Below, one piece after another: positions 1 through 7,017 of a stretch of DNA of 12,309 bases. The stretch is from Bdellovibrionota bacterium (GTDB lineage Bacteria; Bdellovibrionota_C; UBA2361; JBIKWN01). The stretch is taken from NCBI GenBank assembly GCA_044356295.1, contig JBIKWN010000070.1:1-12309 (forward strand), in the 5' to 3' direction. The first letter of the stretch is position 1. Each line of letters starts with the position of its first letter. The notes below the pieces were generated by a model. The model was not told the DNA's origin. It saw only the letters and a list, made by a program, of their open reading frames with translations, and searched no databases. The translations under genes were made by a program, and so were the position numbers.

Positions 1-177
1 TTCACTTGTAAAAGGTGTGTTTTCAGGGCGAGCTATCTGAACAACATCTTTGCGCTTGTATGGCCCACCATCTTCAGTGCGAGTCGTTTCAGCATTAGCA
101 ATATTTGATGCTAATGTATTTACCCGTAATCGAGTGGCGCTCAGTGCTTTTGAAATAACGTCTATTGCATTAAACAT
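1..177 (-). CDS. flgC: Flagellar basal-body rod protein FlgC, N-terminal 59 codons (truncated by the window edge; not in the ORF track)
   Basis: Manual translation from ATG at 177 gives MFNAIDVISKALSATRLRVNTLASNIANAETTRTEDGGPYKRKDVV..., which has the FlgC hallmark SNIANAETTRT-x2-GGPY-x-RK. An SD-like AGAGG lies ~8 nt upstream, and the gene starts 15 bp after the flgB stop. Confidence 0.96.
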   Translation of the reverse strand, partial: MFNAIDVISKALSATRLRVNTLASNIANAETTRTEDGGPYKRKDVVQIARPENTPFTSE

Positions 178-192
178 AGTGTAACCTCTTCG

Positions 193-600
193 TTATGCGA
201 CTGTCCTAATTGCGTTTGCTAACATTGAAAATTTCTTACGAACCATTGAAGCAGCTTGAGAATATCGTCCTCTGTTAAATGCAAGTTGCCCCATTTGAAT
301 ATCGAGGTCGACGTTGTTGCCATCAGGCTTGGTTGCTCCTGACAAATCAGCAACAAGATGAGCACCTGAATTTGTCGATAGATCAATATGTTTACTATTG
401 GTCATCTTAAGAGGTTGAGCAGATTGCCCAAATGCTTTTTTAAGCTCATTACCAAATGACAAATCAGCCGCCCTATACCCTGGCGTTTCTGCATTGGCTA
501 TGTTGCTTCCAATTGCCTGGTTTCTTCTAAAGCTAAGATCTAATGCTTTTTCCAGCCCTGGCAGCGAATCTTTAAATATTCCATCAAGAAGTGTTTTCAC
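193..600 (-). CDS. flgB: Flagellar basal-body rod protein FlgB
   Basis: 135 aa with the motifs ALD...R.QAIGSNIANAETPGYRA.DLSF and DGNNVDLD; directly upstream of flgC; GTG start. Confidence 0.96.
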   Translation of the reverse strand: MKTLLDGIFKDSLPGLEKALDLSFRRNQAIGSNIANAETPGYRAADLSFGNELKKAFGQSAQPLKMTNSKHIDLSTNSGAHLVADLSGATKPDGNNVDLDIQMGQLAFNRGRYSQAASMVRKKFSMLANAIRTVA

Positions 601-612
601 ACAGTGTGCAAA

Positions 613-628
613 AGCAAGCCCTGTGCTA
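613..628 (-). promoter_or_regulatory. Putative sigma-54 (-24/-12) promoter of flgBC, variant -24 element
   Basis: Minus strand reads TAGCAC-AGGGC-TTGCT against the consensus TGGCAC-N5-TTGCW. Spacing is exact and there is one mismatch, at the normally conserved -25 G. Confidence 0.55.
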
Positions 629-654
629 GAAATGGACTTTGAGAACTGTAATTA

Positions 655-667
655 AATCAATAAGATA
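655..667 (+). promoter_or_regulatory. Putative IHF-binding site
   Basis: AATCAA-TAAG-ATA against WATCAA-N4-TTR (1 mismatch), located between the candidate enhancer and the sigma-54 box. Confidence 0.4.
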
Positions 668-721
668 GAAATTTATAGAGGGTACCAGTTCCACATTTAG
701 CGAGTATTTTTTGGCAAATTG

Positions 722-735
722 GTCAAAGCTTTGAC
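722..735. promoter_or_regulatory. Perfect 14-bp palindrome; candidate enhancer-binding-protein site or operator
   Basis: GTCAAAGCTTTGAC is its own reverse complement and has the GTCA-N6-TGAC form. It lies ~120 bp upstream of the predicted flgB TSS and 6 bp before the MFS start codon. Confidence 0.5.
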
Positions 736-741
736 ACTACT

Positions 742-1983
742 ATGAAAATCACTAAACGCCTCCGTGTCCACTTTCGCCGCTCAACAAGAGCGCTTCAAGA
801 TAAAAATTTTCGACTTTTCTTTTTTGGACAAACTATCTCGTACACCGGTGTTTGGATCACAAATGTTGCAATGGCATGGTTAATATATCGATTAACTGGT
901 TCAGCCGCACTCCTTGGTTTAGTAACTTTTGCATCTCAGTTCCCAGCATTTCTTGTGTCACCTTTTGCTGGTGTGCATATCGATCGAATGGATAGAAAAA
1001 AAGTTATTCAGGTTTGTCTTTCTCTTTCTGCGTTTCAGTCTCTCCTTCTCGGAGTTCTTACCCTTACAGAAATTATCACAATTCCACAACTTATTGTGCT
1101 TGGAATTTTTCAAGCAATCATCGATGGATTTTATCTTCCAGCAAGACAGTCATTTATTACTGAACTTGTTTCAGATAGATCAAATCTAGGAAATGCCATT
1201 GCACTGAATGCTGCATCATTCCACTTTGCTCGCCTCGTTGGCCCAGCACTTGGTGGATTGTTAATTTTATTTTTTGGTGAAGGAACATGCTTTGTTATTG
1301 ACGGACTCACGTATGCTGCAATTTTATATTCGCTCCAATTTATAAAACCTGCTCAAATGATTGTTTCGCAACAAACTCTTTCGGTAATGCAAGAATTAAG
1401 TGATGGCATACAATACATACGATATCATCCGAAACTTCGAATGCTACTCTCATTTACTGCATTTTTCTGTCTTATTGGTATTTCTCATACAGTTCTTTTA
1501 CCTGTTCTTGTAAAAAGTATTTTTCACGAAAGCGCAGATAAACTTGGGATTCTGCTTGGGGCATCAGGATTAGGCTCATTACTTGGTGCTATTTTACTTG
1601 CAATTAAAGGAAGTGAAGAACAGATTAAACAGAGAATGATCTACTGTGCTAATGGTTTTGGTATTGGAATTATCTTGCTCTCTCTTTCTCCGATACTCAT
1701 AACAACAATACCAATACTTATCTTATGCGGATTTTGCTTCATCTCGATTGCTGCCGGAGCCAGCACACTCGTTCAAATTACAGTAAAAGATCAATACCGC
1801 GGTCGTGTAATGAGTTTCTTTGCGATGTGCTTTACTGGAATGATGCCAGTCGGCTCAGTAGGCAGTGGCTGGATATCAGACCAACTCGGTGTTCAACAAA
1901 CACTTTTACTCGCGGGATTATTTGCAATGTGTGGCGGAGTCTTATTTTTTCTTCAGCGCGAGTCTCTAACTCAAACGTCATAA
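742..1983 (+). CDS. MFS transporter (MFS_3 / DHA3-like, EntS-related)
   Basis: 413 aa with about 12 hydrophobic segments, N-terminal NFRLFFFGQ.IS..G.W, motif A-like GVHIDRMDRKK, and C-terminal RGRVMS and GWISDQLG. Confidence 0.92.
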   Translation: MKITKRLRVHFRRSTRALQDKNFRLFFFGQTISYTGVWITNVAMAWLIYRLTGSAALLGLVTFASQFPAFLVSPFAGVHIDRMDRKKVIQVCLSLSAFQSLLLGVLTLTEIITIPQLIVLGIFQAIIDGFYLPARQSFITELVSDRSNLGNAIALNAASFHFARLVGPALGGLLILFFGEGTCFVIDGLTYAAILYSLQFIKPAQMIVSQQTLSVMQELSDGIQYIRYHPKLRMLLSFTAFFCLIGISHTVLLPVLVKSIFHESADKLGILLGASGLGSLLGAILLAIKGSEEQIKQRMIYCANGFGIGIILLSLSPILITTIPILILCGFCFISIAAGASTLVQITVKDQYRGRVMSFFAMCFTGMMPVGSVGSGWISDQLGVQQTLLLAGLFAMCGGVLFFLQRESLTQTS

Positions 1984-2381
1984 TGATAGGTCAATGATAC
2001 TTTAATATCCGGATGCAATGAATGATGCACTGGGCATGTTGTAGCAGCCTGTTCATATTTCCGTCTCAGTTCTTCTGTAAGATCTTTTGGAAGATGGATT
2101 GCAATAGGTATCTCAGCAACTCTTCTTGGGGAAGCACTCATAATTTTTTCAGCACGAAAATGACTTCCTTCAAGTGAAACTCCGTCTCTCTCTGCGATAA
2201 TGCCGATAATCGTGATCATGCAAGCACCCAGAGATGATGTAAAAAGATCAGTAGGTGAAAAAGAACTGCCATCGCCATTATTATCTTTTGGTGCAGCAGT
2301 AAAAATTTCCGTCTTTGAATCTTCATGAACAAGACTCATCTTTTTATTACCAATATATTTTCCAGAGATAAAAACACCCAT
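1971..2381 (-). CDS. OsmC/Ohr family protein (YhfA-like)
   Basis: 136 aa with APKDNNGDGSSFSPTDL and two conserved cysteines (GACM and CPVHHSL). SD-like AAGGGG upstream. The 3' end overlaps the convergent MFS gene by 13 bp. Confidence 0.9.
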   Translation of the reverse strand: MGVFISGKYIGNKKMSLVHEDSKTEIFTAAPKDNNGDGSSFSPTDLFTSSLGACMITIIGIIAERDGVSLEGSHFRAEKIMSASPRRVAEIPIAIHLPKDLTEELRRKYEQAATTCPVHHSLHPDIKVSLTYHYDV

Positions 2382-2391
2382 TGTAAGCCCC

Positions 2392-2790
2392 TTATAATTT
2401 TGAGAAGACGTGGGCTATCTTATTGAGCAACGTTTCTGCCGTAAAGGGTTTTGCAATATAATCTGAAACTCCTGCGGCAATTGCTGCTTTTAAACTATCA
2501 CCGTACGCTTCAGCAGTAAGCATTATAAATGGAATATCTTTGTATCGTGAGTCTTCTCGAACACATTTAAGGGTTTCTAGCCCATTGAGCACAGGCATAT
2601 TCCAGTCACAAATAATTAAATTGACTTTCTCTTTGATAAGGCAATCAAGAAGCATTTTCCCATTTTCTGCTTGATGCACTCGGTTGAATCCAGTACTACG
2701 AAGTATTGCTTTAATAAGATCTCTGGTAGAGGCATGATCATCAGCAATCAGTATCGATATGTCTTTACTTACAAAGTCAATTTTACTCAT
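2392..2790 (-). CDS. Single-domain response regulator (CheY-like receiver)
   Basis: 132 aa with ILIADD, the phosphoacceptor motif ICDWNMP..NGLE, MLTAE and YIAKPFT; no output domain. Its ATG overlaps the mlaA stop (ATGA). Confidence 0.92.
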   Translation of the reverse strand: MSKIDFVSKDISILIADDHASTRDLIKAILRSTGFNRVHQAENGKMLLDCLIKEKVNLIICDWNMPVLNGLETLKCVREDSRYKDIPFIMLTAEAYGDSLKAAIAAGVSDYIAKPFTAETLLNKIAHVFSKL

Positions 2791-3617
2791 GGGGCTTTAT
2801 GATTATCCTTTTCATGAGAAAGAATAGCATCCATCTCTGCGTCTATATCGGCTTCTTGTTTAGATTTCTTAGTATTACTGTCTAAATAATGCACATCACG
2901 CTCTTCCTCGAGCCCACGACGATACTGCAGATAAGAAGATTGCTGAAACGTATAGTAATCAAGAGATCCTTCTCTGCCGGCTTTAATTGCATCGTCTAAC
3001 TTATTCCTAGTATTGATAATCCAAAGTGCGTTAGCAGAAAGAGGAACCCAAAATCTGACATCCTTTGATGCATTAGAACGGGTCAATAGATACGACGGAC
3101 TGGTTATAAAATCTACAATTAATCCGAATGTATTTCGAACTGTTGATGGTCCCATCAAAGGAATGACGAAATAAGGTCCTTCAGGAATTCCCCATGAAGC
3201 AAAAACTTTTCCAAAGTCTTCTTCATGCTCTTCGAGCCCAACTTCACTAGCAACATCAATGATGCCCAGTATTCCAACAGTTGAATTTATGAGAAATCGA
3301 CCAGTGTGTGAAAGAGCTTGTTCAAATTTCCCTTGCAAAATGTCAGCTGCAAAAAGAGTTGGGAATTTTAAGTTTTCAAAAAAATTATTAACGCCTGACT
3401 GTATAGAATCAGTAGTTATCGCATCGTAACCTTCAGCAACTGGTCCTAAAATATTTCTATCGACTCGTTCGTTAAACCAAAAAGTTCCTCGGTTCATCGG
3501 CTCCCAAGGATCATACGCTTCAGCATCCTGAGCTATTACAGCTTGACAGAAGGTAAGACTCAAACAGAGTGTCGATAGTATGAAAGCAGAAGAGATGGTT
3601 CGAGAAGTGATTTTCAT
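2787..3617 (-). CDS. mlaA: MlaA/VacJ family outer-membrane lipid asymmetry protein
   Basis: DPWEPMNR..F.FN, NFF.NL..P, RFLINSTVG..G..DVA, EDFG...A.WG...GPY.V.P.MGPST.R and D.Y...Q..YLQ.R motifs; N-terminal signal peptide; TAAGGA SD formed with the upstream stop codon. Confidence 0.92.
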   Translation of the reverse strand: MKITSRTISSAFILSTLCLSLTFCQAVIAQDAEAYDPWEPMNRGTFWFNERVDRNILGPVAEGYDAITTDSIQSGVNNFFENLKFPTLFAADILQGKFEQALSHTGRFLINSTVGILGIIDVASEVGLEEHEEDFGKVFASWGIPEGPYFVIPLMGPSTVRNTFGLIVDFITSPSYLLTRSNASKDVRFWVPLSANALWIINTRNKLDDAIKAGREGSLDYYTFQQSSYLQYRRGLEEERDVHYLDSNTKKSKQEADIDAEMDAILSHEKDNHKAP

Positions 3618-3630
3618 ATATGCATGATCC

Positions 3631-4425
3631 TTACAGTTTCAACCATGCTCCCGCAAGCTGTTTCCCCTCTTGGACAAGCGTTTCAGCCATATCTGTTAAT
3701 ATATTTTGCATGACTGAAGGTCTTGAGAGCGTTAACTCAAGATAGTCCTTCTTTTTCATGACAAGCACCAAACAATCAGTTTCGGCTATAACAGAAGCTG
3801 CACGGGGTGTTTCAGTAAGAGCACCAATTAATCCAAAAACTTGATCACTGTGAATCTCTCCAATTTTTTTATCATTCGAAGTCACAGAAGCAGACCCATC
3901 AGCCATAGTAAACACTTCATCACCAACGGTTCCCTGCTCCAAGATAACACTCCCCTCTGAGTAATTTCTTACTTCTGGAAGAACAGTTTGCGCATCTTTA
4001 AATAAAGAACGTGCAACGACATAGAGCGCAGCAATATATCTTCCTAAAAACTCTTGCCATAAATCAGTCAGTTTTGCAGAAGCATGAACTTCGTCAATAA
4101 ATTGCTGGGCTGGGAATCGATCTAGTACTGTCGCAAAATCTGAAAGTATATGGGGAGTGAAAATATCAAGCTCTTTTTCAAAGCCAATAATATCTCCTTC
4201 TTGAAAATAAAAGAGAGTCCTATCATTGAGGACATAGGCAAGCGTTCCTTCCTTAAGAACATATACAAACTTTTTTTCTTCTCCTAAATCATATAACGAA
4301 TTTCCTGAACGCAATTTAAACGTTTCAGATGGAGTTTGAATATTTTCCAAGATCTCAATTACCAGTTCACGACATCTATCGTTGAGAGGCTCGAACTCTT
4401 TTGGTGGTTCATTGATGGTAAACAT
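3631..4425 (-). CDS. Tandem cyclic-nucleotide-binding domain protein, CbpA-like (degenerate N-terminal plus conserved C-terminal cNMP domain, no HTH)
   Basis: The C-terminal domain reads G..I.EQG..GDEVF...DG...V......G.I..DQVFG...ALTETPRAASV.A...C. A degenerate N-terminal domain reads VYVLKEG.L.....DRTLFYFQEGDIIG. Length is 264 aa. Confidence 0.85.
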   Translation of the reverse strand: MFTINEPPKEFEPLNDRCRELVIEILENIQTPSETFKLRSGNSLYDLGEEKKFVYVLKEGTLAYVLNDRTLFYFQEGDIIGFEKELDIFTPHILSDFATVLDRFPAQQFIDEVHASAKLTDLWQEFLGRYIAALYVVARSLFKDAQTVLPEVRNYSEGSVILEQGTVGDEVFTMADGSASVTSNDKKIGEIHSDQVFGLIGALTETPRAASVIAETDCLVLVMKKKDYLELTLSRPSVMQNILTDMAETLVQEGKQLAGAWLKL

Positions 4426-4508
4426 TTCAATTAGTTAGTCGTCAGAATCTAGATCTAACTAAACGGTAATAATAGAGAAATAACTATAAGCGTTATACTT
4501 CCATTTTA

Positions 4509-5138
4509 TTACAGCGTTCCAAAAAAGCGGTCCCCAGCATCCCCGAGCCCTGGCACAATATAGCCCTTTTCATTCAATTTTTCGTCTAAAGATCCAGTAA
4601 AAATTCGAACTTCTGGGTGCTTTTTAGAAACTTCTCTAACACCTTCTGGAGCAGCCAATAGTGTTATAAGGGATAGAGATGAAAAATCGTAGTTTTTCTT
4701 CAACCTATCAATTGCAGCCGAAGCAGAGTTCCCTGTTGCAAGCATTGGATCAAGTATAAAAACACTTTTTCCAGTAAGTGGTGCTGGAATGTTTTCATAG
4801 TACTGTTTAGGTTCAAGCGTTGCATGATCACGCATTAGTCCAATGTGACCTACACCTGCATTTGGTACTAACTCAAGAAGTGGCTCAACAAACCCCAGTC
4901 CTGCACGAAGAATCGGCAAAAATACAACATTACCATCTGCAAGCACTGAACCTTTAGTTTTTGTAATTGGAGTTTCAACAGTTATAGCTTCAACATGTAT
5001 TTCCTTTAAACTTTCCGATCCGATGATAAGCCCAGCACGATAAAGAGCCCTCCTAAAAAGTACTGGTGCGGTTTGATGATTTCGAAGCTCAGTAAGAGCC
5101 ACCGAGAGGAGTGGATGTTGAACAACAGTTAGAGTCAT
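4509..5138 (-). CDS. upp: Uracil phosphoribosyltransferase
   Basis: 209 aa with HPL...LT.LR, PILRAGLG, GHIGL.RD..TLEP..YY, the PRPP loop ILDPMLATGNS and YIVPGLGDAGDRFFGT; AGGGG SD. Confidence 0.98.
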   Translation of the reverse strand: MTLTVVQHPLLSVALTELRNHQTAPVLFRRALYRAGLIIGSESLKEIHVEAITVETPITKTKGSVLADGNVVFLPILRAGLGFVEPLLELVPNAGVGHIGLMRDHATLEPKQYYENIPAPLTGKSVFILDPMLATGNSASAAIDRLKKNYDFSSLSLITLLAAPEGVREVSKKHPEVRIFTGSLDEKLNEKGYIVPGLGDAGDRFFGTL

Positions 5139-5196
5139 AATACCCCTAGTATCTGGAATCTTTTAGAGGATTTCAAACATCTAATTCAAACGATAT

Positions 5197-5508
5197 ATGT
5201 CAGATAAGCCAAAAAAGCCTCTCACAGAACAAATTGAGACTATTGTTACTCCACATACCGAGAGTAACGTTGATTTTGGTACTATGCCTATCCCTGAAGC
5301 TTTAATGGATCACTTAGAGCAGTTTTTTTCTGAATTACATCTCGATCCTCTTCCTGAATATGACTTAATGTCTCAAGAGGGCGCACTTGCTGCTAAGGAA
5401 AATTCGGAAAAAGTTCTCAAAGATCTTCAACTAAAAATGAAGCAGATTGAAAAGTTGAAATCTGCACTCCTTTCTGCACAACCTACTACAGAAAAAATTG
5501 TAAAGTAA
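5197..5508 (+). CDS. Hypothetical protein (acidic centre, C-terminal coiled-coil-like helix)
   Basis: 103-aa ORF that fills the gap between upp (58 bp upstream, divergent) and the oxidoreductase (7 bp downstream, convergent); protein-like composition; no family recognised. Confidence 0.7.
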   Translation: MSDKPKKPLTEQIETIVTPHTESNVDFGTMPIPEALMDHLEQFFSELHLDPLPEYDLMSQEGALAAKENSEKVLKDLQLKMKQIEKLKSALLSAQPTTEKIVK

Positions 5509-5515
5509 AAAAATT

Positions 5516-6703
5516 CTAACGAAGATATTTCGTAGCTCGTTTTAAGACTCGACGTCCCGTGGAATGGAATGTTGTATACTTAGTAGCAGTAACTTCGAAA
5601 TATCCACTGGTATCTTGAATCAAAGAACGACCAAAAAATGAAATTTTTTTCCCATCTTGTGAAATCGATTTCACCGGGATGATGCCCCATTCAACAAAAT
5701 CAATATCTGATCGGTTCACTTCACATTGTGCGCTACGTGAAAATTCATCAATAAAATTATTCACAACATTGTCTGTAATTCCAGCGTCAGTTATTAGATC
5801 CACAGGAATATACCCAGTTCCAATTGCAGTCACTTCAGCCCGCGGAACTGCAAAAAACAGACGTCCCTCTTTACTCTGAATTCCAATTGCAAACCGTTCC
5901 TGGATTTTTTTATTAAGAACTACATTATAAGCTGCTGCCCACTGAATTGAAGACTGAGGTTGCTTTGTCTTATCAAGAAAAGATACAGGATGCTTTGTAA
6001 AGCCAGTAGCATTTACAACAATACGACTTGTCAAAGGAGTAACAAATCGCATTCCTTCGTCATTGAAAGATTCAACCTGTACTTCAAAAAACTTATCTTT
6101 CTTCTCAACTGAAAGAGCCGTTGCTCGTTTAACGATATCTCCACCCTCTCGATCAATTCGGTGAGCCATCAGGGCAGCTAACTTTAGTGGATCACGAACT
6201 CTGGCATCATACCAAAGCAGTGCGCCGTATGGTGCCTTTCCATTGAGGAGCGAAATATGTCGATCAACAAAAGCACTATCAAGCACTGTCGCTTTATTAC
6301 CTACGCCTCTCAGTTGCTCTGCAAAATAATTATAAAATTTAGCAGCAGGCTCGACAAAGAACTTAGATTTCAGTCCGTATTTTTTGAGAGGCATAATACA
6401 GGGAAGAGATTTTACCAGTGTAGAGCTTTCTTTTATAACTCTTGCTTGGTCACGAATCGAATCAATAATTTGAAAAAGATTTCCGGTTTGCAAATATCTA
6501 AAACCACCATGAATAATCCTTAAACTATTATTTGATGTTTCAGTTGAAAGTTCACCTTTCTCAACCAACACAACATCGAAGCCATTCTTTGCAAACTCAA
6601 GCGAAACGCCGAGTCCGGTAATGCCCCCTCCGATGACAACAACATCGAAAAGGCGGTTCTGTAAAGTTTTTAGACACATGGAGATACTTTGGACAGAGTA
6701 CAC
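5516..6703 (-). CDS. FAD-dependent oxidoreductase, glycerol-3-phosphate dehydrogenase/oxidase-like (DAO domain only); start may be ATG at 6679
   Basis: FDVVVIGGGITGLG Rossmann motif, LVEKG, TSNNSLRIIHGGFRYLQ (GlpD-type TS..S...IHGG.RYL), VVNATG, GRLFFAVP and KYTTF. Confidence 0.85.
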   Translation of the reverse strand: MYSVQSISMCLKTLQNRLFDVVVIGGGITGLGVSLEFAKNGFDVVLVEKGELSTETSNNSLRIIHGGFRYLQTGNLFQIIDSIRDQARVIKESSTLVKSLPCIMPLKKYGLKSKFFVEPAAKFYNYFAEQLRGVGNKATVLDSAFVDRHISLLNGKAPYGALLWYDARVRDPLKLAALMAHRIDREGGDIVKRATALSVEKKDKFFEVQVESFNDEGMRFVTPLTSRIVVNATGFTKHPVSFLDKTKQPQSSIQWAAAYNVVLNKKIQERFAIGIQSKEGRLFFAVPRAEVTAIGTGYIPVDLITDAGITDNVVNNFIDEFSRSAQCEVNRSDIDFVEWGIIPVKSISQDGKKISFFGRSLIQDTSGYFEVTATKYTTFHSTGRRVLKRATKYLR

Positions 6704-6835
6704 TAACTGCCCGAAGTTATTCTACTCTTTAGTAAAAAAACTCATTATAAACGAATTTTCTTGTGCAGTTTAACAACACCGCTTATCCTTTCAAGGTCTG
6801 AGCATGCTTGAGGAATCGACTGGTTTTTTAAGTAT

Positions 6836-6848
6836 ATTCAGATGGTTG
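6836..6848 (+). promoter_or_regulatory. Putative IHF-binding site
   Basis: ATTCAG-ATGG-TTG against WATCAR-N4-TTR (1 mismatch), preceded by a T tract, ~30 bp upstream of the sigma-54 box. Confidence 0.4.
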
Positions 6849-6875
6849 TAAGCATCGTGTGCAAGAATGCACGGT

Positions 6876-6891
6876 TGGCAAATGAATTGCT
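6876..6891 (+). promoter_or_regulatory. Putative sigma-54 (-24/-12) promoter
   Basis: TGGCAA-ATGAA-TTGCT against TGGCAC-N5-TTGCW; GG (6877-6878) and GC (6889-6890) are correctly spaced; predicted TSS ~6902. Confidence 0.72.
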
Positions 6892-6901
6892 AATTAGATG
6901 T

Positions 6902-7017
6902 TTCAAATGCTCATCGGATGAGTAGCCACCAATCACTAAGAGAATGACGGCTTTTAGGGACAGTGGATGACACGGATTGTCAACGCGGAAGAAACGACTA
7001 TTTAAAGGATGATAATC
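6902..7017 (+). promoter_or_regulatory. GGA-rich 5' leader, candidate CsrA/RsmA-binding RNA
   Basis: GGA at 6916, 6958, 6965, 6974, 6987 and 7007. Hairpins GCTCA-TCGGA-TGAGT (6909-6923) and TGACA-CGGAT-TGTCA (6968-6982) present GGA in their loops, and the last GGA lies in the SD. Confidence 0.5.

Noticed and set aside
929..1189. 86-aa + strand ORF
   Set aside because: Out-of-frame ORF entirely inside the MFS gene; no recognisable motifs.
1725..1997. 90-aa + strand ORF
   Set aside because: Alternate frame of the MFS 3' end; Cys/Arg/Ser-rich composition typical of shadow frames.
3631..5138. upp plus cNMP-binding protein as a Pycsar-like cyclic-pyrimidine system
   Set aside because: No cyclase gene and no effector (TM/TIR) domain; upp is a canonical housekeeping enzyme separated from the cNMP gene by 83 bp.
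5679..6523. Two + strand ORFs (5679-5879 and 6257-6523)
   Set aside because: Antisense to the well-supported FAD oxidoreductase gene.
6876..6955. Possible c-di-GMP-I (GEMM) riboswitch suggested by GGCAAA ... AGCCAC ... CTAA ... ATGACGGC
   Set aside because: No GNRA-capped stem and no GACGCAAA junction, and GGCAAA is better explained as the sigma-54 -24 box. An Infernal/Rfam scan would settle it.
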